A DNA stretch of 64,000 bases. Source: Octopus bimaculoides (Eukaryota). The translations under genes and the position numbers were made by a program. Positions within the stretch are counted from its first letter, which is position 1. Every line of letters starts with the position of its first letter. The stretch spans positions 27,777,809 through 27,841,808 of the forward strand of contig NC_068987.1 of the NCBI RefSeq assembly GCF_001194135.2, given 5' to 3'. The notes beneath the pieces are model-generated. The model ran no database searches, was not told the origin of the DNA, and saw only the letters and a program-made list of their open reading frames with translations. Positions 25,115 through 39,760 of this stretch are shown one piece after another.

Positions 25115-28100
25115 TGAACTTTGGAAATTTGCATATGAAAACATGTTTTATTTTGAGAGACATATCAACTTCTATAATAAGACTGTCCTTTCCATAAAGT
25201 AACAAGTTTGGATTATAATTTGGAAAAATGATCTAAGCATATTTAGTTCCTCAGTCAATTTTGTCATATTAGCACAAACAACAGACATTTAATTGAAATA
25301 CGCATTAAATTTAGTTTTCTAATTTGCATTCGGTGACCGTAATCGATACTCGTTTACTCTGAGCATATTTCTTCTTACACTATGTCACTTGTATAACAAC
25401 TTGTCTTAAAATAAAAACAGTAATTGTATGTATTTCTGAGCTATATATACATATTACGTGCTCAGCATTACATTAGGCAATTTAACTACTTAATCAATAA
25501 GAGACATCAATTTTAGATCTGTAACTATAACGGCCGGTCCTCGAATTATTGGCGTAATGCTTTACAAACTTATAGATTACAAAAGTAATAAAATCTCCTC
25601 GTCTGTTTTTGTGTTCTTACATTGAAGATTCATTTCCTCAAACTCCCGCAAATATTTAAGTAACTATTTGCATCTATGCATGTATATAATCGTGTGGATT
25701 TATTTGCATGAGTCTGTGCGCTTGTGTGTAACAGACATTGATTAGAGTAAGATTACATGAACAGTTTGTTTTCTCAAGATTAGGAAACCTGAATGGTGGC
25801 ATCCAACTCGAAGAGTCATTTAGTACGTTATTTTAATATTAAAACATACGCACATATGCACACACACATAGGAAAGGCGTGCACATACTCATATCTATGA
25901 ATATATCTATATGAATGTGTGTGTGTGCGTGCGTGCCTGTGTGTATGTGTGTGTGTGTATCAACATGTGTATCGCGTGCGTGTGCGTAAATTAATATAAG
26001 CACATAAAGAAAACTACATATGACATTTATGATATTTATTGTTTCATGTACTTAATTGTTTATAGATTTCATCATCCTTTCTACAATCTATAACATGTAT
26101 ATCGTTCTGAGTATGAAATCAGATGTCACTTTGCTTTGTTTTGCTTCATATTTTTTTGAGATGTCTAATTTTCAATTTCCACCTTATTATTTACGCAGAG
26201 AGATGTACGAATATACAACTTCATTATTTTCCAAGAGTACTTTGTACAGGACTGAAAAATAATGTCTTGAATAATTCAAGAATGTATAAATACAAGAACG
26301 CACTGACGCAGAATAATGTTAAGAACAATACTCGGAAAATATTTAAGTTATTGACTGTACAGATTTCTGCAAATACAGGTTATAGTATATTAATAAGCGC
26401 TATCTTGCTTGTTATCTCTGAGTTGATGTCTACAAAATGCATATACAATCAGTAACCTACAAAGCATATATATTCTGATTTGATTTTTAAGAACGTATAA
26501 GGTGTCAAATTAAAGTTTAGCATTGAATTTTAAAATTATTTTTATTGAAATTTCGGCGTTTGCATCAATTGGAATAGAAACTCCGTGATCTAAATTATGT
26601 AAAGAGTCTAATGTTCTATACTGTTGATATTGATATGAAATATAATGATTATTCTATTGTTTTGAAGTTATCTATTTATTCTAGCTGTCGAATGAAGATA
26701 AAGCCAGATTGTAAGGAGTTTTCGCAGCATTCAGCAATAGAAGATGTGCAGGTGTAGAGGAAGGTTTATTTGAGAAGTAATGAACCAGTGAAGAGAGGAT
26801 AAATACATTAGCTGTGTATTTATATGTAGTAAAATCTTGAGTGTTGCTAGCATAAATAAGTTTTAAAATGCTAAGAACGAAAGGGCTTTGAAGTGTAGGC
26901 AAAATGTTTACTAAGTGTTAGAAAGAGATACATCAAAATGCACTGAGATGACATAACGTGTTATAAATTTTCTTTCCCAATCTGCAGGCCAATATACTTG
27001 TCAGAGGCCTACGTTGAAAAATCCCTTTTTTAAAATTTTGTAAAATACATAACAAACATATTTTACTTTGAAATAATCGATATCATAAACAATTCACAGT
27101 GATCTACTCAACACATTTCATATTGGTCGTTTTACTCATAAAAGAAACATTATTCGATAATCATGAGGGCTTTCAAAAATGCCATATCTTGTTTTCGGTT
27201 ATATTTACTTGTTTCATTAACTTGTCTCCAAGGACTATTTTAAATAGTTTTGTTTTTAATATTGTTGTACGTTGTTAGCGTGATTTCCGTATAGTAATGC
27301 AGTCCTTCCTTTTTAAGATCGACCATTTTGGATATAATTTAAAACGGAAAAAACATAACATGAAATTGGAAACAATAAAATAATAGACAGATATCAGGAT
27401 TAGCTTCGTTTCCATCCCATACTGGCATTATAGACTCACTGAATCAACAATACTTATTTTTTTTCAATGAAATGTTTTCGTCGAAGTACAACAGATTGCC
27501 TCCAAACGGGGAAAAATTAAATGCAAATAAGTTAATTGGTCAATTTGAAACCGAAATATTATTTCTGTAGAAGTAAATCTAAAATAAATATAGTTAAACA
27601 AAATCTCCAGACGAAGACGCAATGCGTCGCCATGAAGTCTTAGATAATACTCATCTACAGAATACTCTTCTATTACGTTCGAATGAATTCAGAACGTTTT
27701 AAAATTGCTTTTATTTAGCTTATGATTATCTTCATATGACACAACAAAATATTAAATGATTATTTCAAAACGTCATACACGTACATATTATATACGATAG
27801 TTGCTTCTTCCGTTAAGTGATCTTGTGCCAGACTATTAATATAGACGCACTCATTTCTATACATACCAACATAAATATGCGCACATTATGCTATATTATA
27901 CTGTATTATATTACATTATATCATATTATATTATATTATATCATATTATATTATATTATATTATATTTGTTTTAGAAATACCTAATCGTTAAAAAAAGGA
28001 AATCAGCAAATGAAAATAATTCGAAACTTTTTGTGTTCAAACCCACCTTTCACTTGTTTTGCACTCAATATTTTAAGACAGAATATAATGTAAACTTACG

Positions 28101-28374
28101 TTGTTTGACGCATTAATTCGCTATTATTATGTCATACCAGGTCAGAAAAGCGAAGTATATGGCGATATGAAGTCTATAATTCCATAACAATGGGTTGCGT
28201 GAGTGAGCAATAAAGAAGTCATCAAGAACTAAGTACGAGGTAAACTGTAGGGTCAACAGAATATGACTTGGGGACAAACCGAGATTTGATAAACCTTTAT
28301 CCAATCGCCTAGTTGATAAGAAGCAGGTAAATGCCAGAGACAGGAGTTTGGATGTGTCCAAGTGTGTGCATTCC

Positions 28375-28415
<41 letters not shown>

Positions 28416-31400
28416 NNNNNNNNNNNNNNNNNNNNNNNNNNNNNNNNNNNNNNNNNNNNNNNNNNNNNNNNNNNNNNNNNNNNNNNNNNNNNNNNNNNNN
28501 NNNNNNNNNNNNNNNNNNNNNNNNNNNNNNNNNNNNNNNNNNNNNNNNNNNNNNNNNNNNNNNNNNNNNNNNNNNNNNNNNNNNNNNNNNNNNNNNNNNN
28601 NNNNNNNNNNNNNNNNNNNNNNNNNNNNNNNNNNNNNNNNNNNNNNNNNNNNNNNNNNNNNNNNNNNNNNNNNNNNNNNNNNNNNNNNNNNNNNNNNNNN
28701 NNNNNNNNNNNNNNNNNNNNNNNNNNNNNNNNNNNNNNNNNNNNNNNNNNNNNNNNNNNNNNNNNNNNNNNNNNNNNNNNNNNNNNNNNNNNNNNNNNNN
28801 NNNNNNNNNNNNNNNNNNNNNNNNNNNNNNNNNNNNNNNNNNNNNNNNNNNNNNNNNNNNNNNNNNNNNNNNNNNNNNNNNNNNNNNNNNNNNNNNNNNN
28901 NNNNNNNNNNNNNNNNNNNNNNNNNNNNNNNNNNNNNNNNNNNNNNNNNNNNNNNNNNNNNNNNNNNNNNNNNNNNNNNNNNNNNNNNNNNNNNNNNNNN
29001 NNNNNNNNNNNNNNNNNNNNNNNNNNNNNNNNNNNNNNNNNNNNNNNNNNNNNNNNNTCCTGCAGATATTTACTTATGTAAATTTTAACAGGTGAAACCA
29101 CGGTACGTAGGTTAATCGTTTTTTAATTTAGTATTTTTTTCATTTGTCTTGCCCGTTTACAGTCTGTTGTGTCGCTAAATGTTTTACTGAGAACATATTT
29201 CTTTCGTGATTAGATGATTCGGCATCTATTTCTAGCATATAGGGATCCACATTTGCTCGTCATTCCTCTTATTTTTGTATGTTATATATATATATATATA
29301 TATATACGAAAACTGTCTTGTTTTCATTTTTGTCTTGCGTTGAAAGTCCACAAATATCAATGAATTACAGAACAGATATTAAGACACAATATAGGATGTA
29401 TAGTTCAAAAATGAATAATTGAATATAATAGAGATAACTTAATAGAAATAATAACGAGTATCTACACAAAATTTAAGACTATTAAAAGATGTGTGATTAT
29501 ATTTCCTGTACCAGTAAAAATTGAAAACCTATATTTGGGGTTACTTTACAAATTAACAATATTTTATAGCGTTGTTTTATTTGTTTGATATTAGATTCAT
29601 TTCAAACAATGATGATATAGAATAATATAATAAAAATATCCCCAAACTTGACAGACGTTTATATTGTCACAAAAAATAAAATGTGCTAATGAACAGAATA
29701 TTTTAAGCTGCAATTATCATAAAATTGCCTTTAATTTTTGTTTTTATGTAACCAAAAAGCAAAGACCGGAACACGAATTGGGCAAGTAAAGCGTGGTTAA
29801 CAATAATGTTTTATATACTACCATCGAATGTATGTACAGACTTTCTGCATTAAAAGACAAAGAAGTGTCAAACCTTTCATCTGTATAATTGAAGTGAAAA
29901 CTTTTTTTTTATATACTAATGTTACTTTAATGAGTACTGAAAGCTGTGTTTATTGCTCTGAAATTAAATTAAGGTGTTTTAATATCATTCGTTTATTACT
30001 GATAAATATTAAATTTACGATAAAAGATCCATTGTAAAAATTAATATAACAGCTTCTCAATTTTAGGTGTTAGTAAATTAATCGTGTATCATAAATATTA
30101 GTCGAATATTATAGTTATGTGCTCACCGTGTGAAATCGATTGGTCAATAAGTGTGATACACTTAAACTCCAGCTGAACCCCTTTGATATCTCAATATTTC
30201 TATTAAAAACGTGCTTATATGTATATATGTACTGCATTCCCAAGATATCTGACTTTCAACTAATACATTGTTGGGAATAACTGTCCACCTTTAAACTACG
30301 TAATTGTTGTTTTAACGCTAAAGGACATATTAAGATTGATAATGGAGGAAGAATGGCTGTATATTCCAATAAATGTCAAATAGTATAAGATAAATAATAC
30401 AAATATTTTAGCATAACATTTGAAGAGTATGTTATTAGAATGTACTGTTGTTGTTCTTCGGCCCTAAATAAACCGAAATTTAGTAAAATCATGATCAGAA
30501 GTGTTACAATTGTAGCTGCTGTTTTTGACATGTACAACTATATTTCCAGTATGCTTCATCCGTTCTTTACTTGAAAAGCTTATTTGCAGGAATTTCGTTA
30601 CTAACTCCCGCAGGTCAACCGCTACATAAAGTTTTCTAATTCTTTTGCATATAATTACAGTAACAAGAAAAAAAAAGGCAAGTTCACAGTGGGGATACAA
30701 GCCAGACTGGAATTGTTTTATAGAGGCACATTCATTTTGCATTGCTAATTGTAATATGTTGGTATTTTGCCATACTATCCATATTGAGAATACAAAAAGA
30801 AATTGTAATGAATTGGTACAAGTGTCGTCACTTCAAAAAGAAAGATAAAGGAATAGTTCAACCGTTAATTTTTACTATTTCTGAATCAATTATCTTAATT
30901 CAAATTAATATAGTTGTACAGTTAATATTTTCAGATGTAATGAAGTGAAAAGTATCTTAGTTTCGTGAGCAAAATGGAATTCTAAATGTTAAAAAACATA
31001 AAAAATAAAATATTGTATAACTTCTTAAAATTTTAAAATATTTCTTTTATTTATTTATCTTTAAACTGAATTTCAGCCAGATAGTTCAGGTTTATAGATC
31101 AGCTGCGCGTTAAATTTCAACTTAAAAGTAAAATGTCTGATTTGAGGAAATCGTGATCAGTTGTCGATTACTTGAAGTTGATAACTAGAAATACAATTTG
31201 ACGAATAATTAATAAAATGATACACTTCTACCGCCTCCGCCCCAGAAATAAATTAAATTTTCTTTATTATCGGTTGTTGGTGATTCCTATTACAAGATCT
31301 ATCAGAATAAACGTACATTGAAAAGAAGTATTAAACAGATTTCACATTTCAAAAACACAGTAATTGTTTAAGAAAATAAAGTTATTTACATAGTATTCAT

Positions 31401-33949
31401 CACAGATTAATTGTCTTCCACATCAAGAACTAATAAACTTTAAAAATATTAGTTTGAATTACATATTTTTAAAAGTGAAAAGAAACGGCTAGCTATATGC
31501 AGGGAAATAAAAGTATATATATTTATTTGACCAGATAATTATATTTCGTAGTATAACTAACTTATCAAAATACCAACATGGCATTGAAATCTGCATTCAT
31601 TTCTCAGCAAAACTTATCATACACGTTGATAAGTGGAAAATAGGATGGAAAAATTTAGAAAATAAATATATATATTTCGCTATATTCAGTTAAACATAAC
31701 GCTAATCTTGATCTGACTCAATTCAGTAAAATCAATGGAGAGCAATGGGTTAACCAAACTGAGTGCGTTTTATCATCTAAGCGAAATAGGAAAGTATTCA
31801 TCAGGTTATTCAGAACTGGAGTATAAGATATTATCAGATATTTTATGCAAACTTGCTTCCCTTGAAGTTCATTATACATATACACCAAAAATAGGAGTTG
31901 GCATATGAAGGAAATGAAGCGTGGGCTTTAATACATTTCTGGTTTACAGTTTTATGACTTATTTTCATTCGGCTTCATATAAAAATCTTATGCTGCATGT
32001 ACATAAACACATGCAAATGCATAATAAAGATGCATAAAGAGTGAAGTTATAGATTAAACATGATTTGAATTTCTGTAAATGTATTTCAAACACCTGCAAA
32101 CAACATACTTTAACTATCTTTTGATGAGCTCACCAATTACAATCCGGCACTTTCGAATGTTCCACAAGTTCCACTCTGTTGAAAGATAAAGTAAACTTTT
32201 ATTTGATTCCTTGATATGGACTATCATGTGCTGAACTACATCCATATCCTCCTTAGATATATTATTTGTTACTTAATCTGTCACGCCACAGTCGTGAACG
32301 AACCGAAATATAACTTTTTCACCTTTGAAACTTTCAACAGCGCTACCACATTAAATATGTTTACACAAATTTATCTAACGATGTTATAATGAACTCCAAC
32401 TGTACTGACGTCACCATTGCATTTTATTTTTCGAGACTATATGAATAGGGAGTCGGCTTATTCTTTATAGAAATACGATTATCGGAGTGTGTTGACAATT
32501 AAAATAAGGCAAAGATAATTCTTAATTTAGTTTGTGGTACAGAAATTATGAATTTACTATCTTTACAGACTTATTATACCAAAAATCGAAGATGAACAAA
32601 AACATTCAGTCAGGTATAGCAAGACTCAATACATTTCGAATATGTTTTCAAAACATTTAACGAGAAACGTCTTATTATACATAAACAACGGAAACATTTT
32701 GGCTGTATATATCACCTTCTACTACATATCTACATTAAAATGTTAGTCACGTTAAATCTCAGCATCATTTACTTTCCCTTTATAGAGTTAAATTAAATTG
32801 ATGAAAGATTATTTTTGTTTCCTACATTAACTGTATTAAACTGCAGTAGCTATAATATTTTCTTGTTAAAAGTATCCATGCTTGGTGCAAAGGAACTCTA
32901 ACTTCGAAAAGTCATTCGGCAACTATGTATTTATTTGATTGATCCTAATTCCCTGAAGTGTAACAAAATCAAAACCGACTCATTTTCATTGCTTATCTAC
33001 GTTTATCTCTTAATTTAAATTACTATGTTTATTTCTTTTCTGTTCTCAATAATAACTGCAATTAAGCCTAAAAATTATTCTTCACTCTACGTATATAATT
33101 TCATTTCAATAAAACTATTTTTGACTCACCACATAATGCATATTAGACTGAACGGTGCTATACATCAGCAGAAGGTAAGCGTTTTAATTACAAACATATT
33201 TTAATGATTTTCTACTAAGAATAAATTATTTTCACTACGAAATTCAGAAAAGCATGCGTTTGTATTGCGATATAACTTAATAAAGTTCGATTAAAGTGAA
33301 AATGTATTTCATTCAAAATATATCACGCATAGGCGTTTCGTATTCATGCAAAGAATCGAGTTTGTAATTGCTTCCAGAAACCAGGTCTAAAATTAATTTC
33401 TAAAAGAATATGCTTTGCACCATGTTAAAGTATAAACCTCATAATTTATTTTAAGTATTATAGCTTTTAGTCATATTGAAGATTCTCAAAATAGATTATC
33501 CAGTTGCATATCATTAGGAATTGCTATGCGCTCCTTATTAACAAAATAGAATAAATACTTAAAGCATTGAGCACATCTCTGCACGAATTTCGTAAAAAAT
33601 TCACGAGTGTGGCTTAGATACATATTTAATGTCACCTTAGTGATATTATATCAAATGAAATACATCATTCTGAAAAGACATTTCGGTCATCAATACGCTT
33701 CGAATAAATTAGCATATTACAAATTAGCAACAATCATTTCATACATACAAGACAGTATACTCAAGGTATACAAACAGAGATTTTATCAAAAAGGTTTGAG
33801 TACATGCACTATCAAAATGTCTATGGACAGCATTCTTACAATTCTATCATTAGCAGTCAATAAAAAAAAATTAAGGTTCATAATTAATATGTATTCTTAT
33901 TCAGTTATCTACTGAGATTTTGTAACATTGTGTGAGAACAACTCTACAA

Positions 33950-34290
33950 CTTTTGAGATGGCCAATGAATTCGAATAATGAGCTAAGGCAAATTATGCAT
34001 GAGGTACTGCAGATCTGTTGCCGAGATCATCGAAATATTGCATTCGGATTTTAGCGAACGTTCTTTAGTCGATCAACGTTTTGTGAATGGCAGGCGTGTT
34101 TCAAATCCGAACGAGAGTCTGTGGAGAGTTTGAGCATTCAAAGTGACGAATCACTTGTATAATGCAGGAAAATAGGGAAAATATATCGCGAAGTTATCCA
34201 TTAAGACATAAAGAGGAATCAGTTATGTAGTTTGTTAAAATGTACATCGAGTATTATGTATCATGTGGGTAGCTTGCAATGTAAGCTTTT
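33950..34290 (+). mobile_element. hAT transposase C-terminal (dimerisation region) remnant
   Basis: VAEIIEILHSDFSERS, VESLSIQSDESL and SYPLRHK..VM*FV fragments occur in the order expected for IxxLxxEFxxRF / ELIxLQSD / YPxL..F.STYLCE. Confidence 0.45.
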
Positions 34291-34299
34291 GTTCACCAG

Positions 34300-35255
34300 G
34301 TTTTATGAAAGGTTTGTTCTCCACTTTTTAATGCCTGTGAATTTTATTGATCTATTAAATGTTTTGTTTGTTCTGCGACTGTTTCCCTCGAGTGAGTTTT
34401 TTTGTTGATTACTTCTATGTCATGCTTTCACGCATCCTTGTATAGGTACGTGAGAGAGACGCTTGTCTCTCAATTCAGATTGCAGTTCAGTAGCTTAGTA
34501 GATATGAATTTTTTTTCATGTAATAATATCATTATCTATAAAACGAACTTATCCCAGTCATCAAGTACTTGTCGCCGTCAAGTGAACATGAGTAACATTC
34601 CAGTGCAGATACGTCAATGCTTCAAACACTGTTCTGCTAGCTGTTCTCAAGAACTCTGTGCATACGCCTCATATGAAACATGTAAAGTTTATGTTCTGTG
34701 TCATGTACGTTGTTCGGTGACAAGCTGTCATAAAGAAGTGTACTAAGAACATACATCTTTTACACCTTCAACTTTGTAGTAGAAGTTCCGACATTTTTAT
34801 TCTCCCATACATTCTTTGTAAATCTTAAGAGAAAATTCGCTGCTTTACTGATATGCTTCTTGTGTTCTGCATATATCATTTGGTTGTCAAACAGTAGTGG
34901 ATCCAAGACTTTGAAAGTTATGATTCTAGTTATTTGTCTTCAATATGAATGAAAAGGGAGATTGAAGTACTTTTACTTATGACTTACCTGTTCATGAGAC
35001 CTATTATTAGGTCAAATAGGTTGCATAGTTCTGGGAGTTTTTTCGTCAGATATCTATTATTGTAAGTTTCTGCACAGTTTTTATAGGTAACTGCATCTCC
35101 GAAAACAGCATTTCCCGAACATTACCTTATAAGACCATTAGTTTGTTTCTGTTATAGAGCGAAAAACAAGACCTGCATGTGGAGTTAGAGACTAAATGCA
35201 GTACTCTAGTCCATCTTCCAGAAGCCAATAATGACACAAACTTCCATAGAGATGC
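34300..35255 (-). mobile_element. RTE-BovB-like LINE fragment, decayed
   Basis: VREMLFS; RFTKNVWENKNVGTSTTKLKV*KMYVLSTLLYD; LYMFHMRRMHRVLENS*Q; YKDA*KHDIEV. These are collinear with the BovB RT and C-terminus. Confidence 0.75.
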
Positions 35256-35261
35256 ATGATC

Positions 35262-36395
35262 ACCATCTCTCTTGTACCGTGGCATATTCATGCGATTGAC
35301 GAATCATGGCTTGTTCCTCCATTTGTTTCTCTCTCTCTCGCAACACTACCCTGAACTTTTTTGCTCTGAACGTTCATTCTTTTCTTCATCCAGTAGAATA
35401 TCATTCTCTGCATTCCCCTCTCTCTTCTTCCCACGAGCTCAGTCTCCATCATGTAACGCTCCATTCCGTCATTCTCTCTGAGAAAATGACCAACAATCTC
35501 CACTGTCCCTCTCTGATAGTATCCATCAACTGTCTCTTCACTTTCATCTTCTTCAACACTTCCTCATTCGTCATCCTCTATACTCTCGAGACTCTAAGCA
35601 TTTTCTATAAAACCACATTTCTGAATGTTTGAGTCACTTCTCCATGATTTTGCTCATCGTCTAAGATTCACATCCATATATTAGCACCGACCAGATGTAG
35701 CAATTCAATACTCTTTTCTTGACTTGCATTCCGATTTTCTTTGCACAAAACATGCTCTTCATATCCATAAAATTCGTCCTTGCTAATCCAATTCTGCACT
35801 TGATGTCTTTATCTGACCTTCCATTTGATGTTATCCAACTTCCCGGATATATGAAACTGTCCTTCCCTTCAATCCTAGTTCCATTTGCCGACAAGCGACA
35901 TGCGGGTACCTGTGCTTTCTTGGTACAAACCATTGAGGTTTTCTGACAGTTAATCGTCAGTCCAAGCTTTCCATTCTCCTCAGTCACAATATTAACCAAT
36001 CCTTGAAGTTTCTCTTCTGTGTCCGCAAACAAAGCCGTTTCGTCTGCGTACCTCAGATTGTAATAATTACTTTCCCCCAGTTGTAACCCTGCAATTGTCT
36101 TGATTTTGCTTAGAGCCTTCTCACTATATAGGTTGAATAAATCAGGTGACAAAATACAACCCTGCCGGACGCCTTTTTGGATGTCAATTCAGTCACCCAA
36201 TTCTCCATGCACTCTGATGGCTGCTGTCTGGTCCCAATACGAATTTCGAATCCTTCTTAGATCTTTCTCATCAATCTCGAGTTCTTCCAGCATTCTCACC
36301 AACTCTTCATGCTTGACACAGTCAAATGCCATCACGTAATCAATAAAACAGATGTACAAGTCTTTTTGATTCTCTATACACTCTTTCAACAACGT
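35262..36395 (-). mobile_element. RTE-clade LINE, RT domain to 3' end, cut by an N gap
   Basis: ORF track shows KDLYICFIDYVMAFDCVKHE, then KGVRQGCILSPDLFNLYSE, LRYADETAL, FIYPGSWIT, WSVLIYGCES and GRRERG. YADD is mutated to YADE, and stops are present. Confidence 0.95.
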
Positions 36396-36788
36396 NNNNN
36401 NNNNNNNNNNNNNNNNNNNNNNNNNNNNNNNNNNNNNNNNNNNNNNNNNNNNNNNNNNNNNNNNNNNNNNNNNNNNNNNNNNNNNNNNNNNNNNNNNNNN
36501 NNNNNNNNNNNNNNNNNNNNNNNNNNNNNNNNNNNNNNNNNNNNNNNNNNNNNNNNNNNNNNNNNNNNNNNNNNNNNNNNNNNNNNNNNNNNNNNNNNNN
36601 NNNNNNNNNNNNNNNNNNNNNNNNNNNNNNNNNNNNNNNNNNNNNNNNNNNNNNNNNNNNNNNNNNNNNNNNNNNNNNNNNNNNNNNNNNNNNNNNNNNN
36701 NNNNNNNNNNNNNNNNNNNNNNNNNNNNNNNNNNNNNNNNNNNNNNNNNNNNNNNNNNNNNNNNNNNNNNNNNNNNNNNNNNNNNNNN

Positions 36789-36840
<52 letters not shown>

Positions 36841-37904
36841 ATATATGTGTGTGCATGTATATATATATATGCGCGTGTGTGTGCGTGTGCGTGTAGATGG
36901 ATAGATAGATACATCGGTAGGTAGGTATTTATGTACGTAGGTAAGTAGATGGGTAGGTAATTAGAGAGAGAGACAGACACAGTGAGTGAGAAAGAAAGAA
37001 AGAAAGAATGAATGAATGAAAGAATGTAAGGAAGGGAGATGAATATATTCGTGTATATAAACAACTTGTGTTCTGAAAAGTTTATACGTTTGTATCTGAA
37101 TATGAAATTAAGGCCAGTATTGTGGTGAAAACTAATTTTTTGTGTATATTGAAAGGCAAAAAGAAGTAGGCAAGAAAGATTATTGCTACTGATCTCGAAG
37201 TGTAATAAGTATTTCTAATTCAAGCAAACAATCCAACAATTATTTTGAAACATTATCAATTTAGACCCTTCAACAAATGTTTTTTTTTTTGTTCCGTTCA
37301 TAGGGAATGTTAATAACCAAACAATGTTTACAATGGTTTATCAATTTAGATAATTAAAAGATTTTATGTGAAATCAAACAACGTCCTTTCCATCGTAGAT
37401 CATATATACACTCCATAAACAGCTACTTTACCTTGATGTGTAAATATATAATTGTATTGTAATATATTAATTTATAATTCGAAGGGATATAAGCCTTTCA
37501 TGCAATTATAACTATTGAGAGAGTTTATATACTTCAACCAAACGCACGTCAAATTGTATCAGGGTGGGGAGAATATTCAAATAATATACTACTCTTAACA
37601 TAAACGTAAATGATATTTGTACGAATATTTTTTTGTGAAAATATTAACAGGAGTTTCAAATGACAATAGAAATAATACCAATAGATTAATTTTGCAAGCG
37701 TCCTCGAACATCCTAATGAAGCAAGATAAAGGCATTTACAATGATCACTGCTTCCAATATCAAATGATATTCTCTTAGAGCCTGAAAGAATTATGTCAAA
37801 GAATATTACTAGTTCCTATTGTAATTAATCATTATCAAAAGTACTCAAGTATTAAAACTCATACATCCTATACATGCACATATATACATAAATATACATA
37901 TACA

Positions 37905-37938
<34 letters not shown>

Positions 37939-38830
37939 CATATATATACATGTATGTATATAAATTTATCTATGCATATATGTATATAGGCATATATATA
38001 TATATATACATAGATGCATATATGTACATACATATATATATATATGCATATATGCACGTATATANNNNNNNNNNTCATGTATACGCATACATAATATACA
38101 CATATATATGTACGTACGTATAGAATATACATATATACATACACATAGATGTATATATCTACAAAAACACAGACACAATATAGAAATATATATAAGTTTC
38201 ACATTTGAGTGCATGCAACGAATATGTTCCAACTTATTACAGTGTTCTTAAAAGACTAAAGCAAAGAAAGGGACAGAAGGCAATATAAAAAAAAGAAGGA
38301 ACGAAAAGATATGCTTTGAAATAGATTCTGAAACAGAAAATATGTACGATAGGATTGTTTTTAAGTGGAAGTATCTTAACTATGAGATCTGCATAGCTAT
38401 TAATCTTTCCTCCTCCTGAACGACTGCTTTATGGCTTTCAGAAATCCATGTTGCATTTGGTGTACTATGGTATCCGTAAATAACAAATGAGAGCAAGGTG
38501 TTGAAATTGGGAAATTGCTTGGTTATCATCTGTGTAACACCTATGTACAACATTTCGACTTGATTCGTTCTAGTAAAACTCTTTTGGTTGTAACCTAAGT
38601 GATGTAAAAAGCCCGAGGAAATGGAACGAGTTATAATTGCATGCGTCCCTGAAGCTATGTTTCTGTGTGAATATTCTGTGCATACATATATGTATCTGGT
38701 CATGTGCGAGATATATGTTGCTATGTGAGTGCCTGTAAGCTGATTCGTGCGAGCATATAATATTTATATGTCGTGTAATGAATGATGATATGTGACGTAT
38801 TACTAAAATTTAGTTTTCTGGTGAATATAT

Positions 38831-39005
38831 AGGCGTAGGAGTGGCTGTGTGGTAAGTAGCTTGCTTACCAACCACATGGTTCCAGGTTCAGTCCCACTGC
38901 GTGGCATCTTCGGCAAGTGTTTTCTACTATAGCTTCGGGCCGACCAAAGCCTTGTGAATGGATTTGGTAGACGGAAACTGAAAGAAGCCCGTCGTATATA
39001 TGTAT

Positions 39006-39039
<34 letters not shown>

Positions 39040-39250
39040 ATGTGTTTGTCCCCCCCCAACATCGCTTGACAACCGATGCTGGTGTGTTTATGTCCCCGTA
39101 ACTTAGCGGTTCGGCAAAAGAGACCGATAGAATAAGTACTAGGCTTCCAAAGAATAAGACCTGGGGTCAAGTTGCTCGACTAAAGGCGGTGCTCCAGCAT
39201 GGCCACAGTCAAAAGACTGAAACAAGTAAAAGAGTAAAGAGTAAAGAGTA
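38831..39250 (+). mobile_element. Full-length octopus tRNA-derived SINE with internal (TA/TG)n
   Basis: Head aggagtggctgtgtggtaag (box A), ggttcagtccc (box B), body, internal microsatellite, 3' half ..gactgaaacaagtaaaag(agtaaag)n. Confidence 0.9.
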
Positions 39251-39344
39251 TATTTGCTATAAAAAGAAAAGAATAGGCTGTGAGTTTTAAGGATATGTGA
39301 GTTAACCACTAGTTGAAAATAAAACTTTTTCTGATACCTTTATC

Positions 39345-39760
39345 ATTCATATGTCGATTGGTGTCTCCAAACTTATATTCACACATCGTACTCTGTATAC
39401 CCAATCTTCTTTAACCATTGCTCCACAGCATTATTGCAAATGGTTTCTGTCTGTACATCCACCACACTACGCTGGTCTCCTCCATCGAACCTGTTTCCCC
39501 CATTATTTTCGTCAGTTCATTCATTTCACCATCTACACAAGCTTTCCAAATCTATATTCTGTACTTTCAGCGACTCCAGGTACTTCACATTTTTTACGCT
39601 ATCTGCACTTTACACCTCATCAGTATATAACCCTCTTCATTCACAAACTTAATCGTTTCCTCGTTTCTTTTCTCTCCAATATGAACCCATCACCATCCAC
39701 CACTTCTGCGCTCACCCCTCCTCATTTAAACGTATCGAGAATTGGCGTAACTTAGTGATC
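39345..39760 (-). mobile_element. Decayed RTE-like LINE 3' remnant
   Basis: MEETSVVWWMYRQ and VKEDWVYRVRC fragments resemble RERRLRWFGHV..EDxWVK. Many frameshifts. Confidence 0.4.

Noticed and set aside
25521-25541. gtaactataacggccggtcct, resembling the bacterial 23S / I-CeuI site TAACTATAACGGTCCTAAGG
   Set aside because: The match is short and interrupted, with no flanking rRNA similarity; probably chance.
26684-26902. Possible exon CRMKIKPDCK.. (+) and a QSP-containing minus-strand ORF
   Set aside because: No CARP context (no WG or LC before QSP) and no recognisable family.
27601-27640. cagacgaa-gacgca a tgcgtc hairpin resembling a hammerhead stem II
   Set aside because: Both core strands are broken (CAGACGA, no GAAA).
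30464-30948. Overlapping ORFs with transmembrane-like stretches on both strands
   Set aside because: No family motif was recognised, and AT-rich DNA readily yields F/I/L-rich frames.
33340-33400. Minus-strand GPGFW, resembling the next CARP exon
   Set aside because: The acceptor AG is out of phase, and the frame continues KQLQTRFFA* with no LC or QSP.
37600-37800. Possible Helitron helicase C-terminal remnant (ILTG..SLK)
   Set aside because: Too degenerate to support by eye.
38380-38703. 107-aa minus-strand ORF containing TWI
   Set aside because: It lacks the GSxTxPxC motif expected before TWI in carbonic anhydrases, and it starts in a microsatellite.
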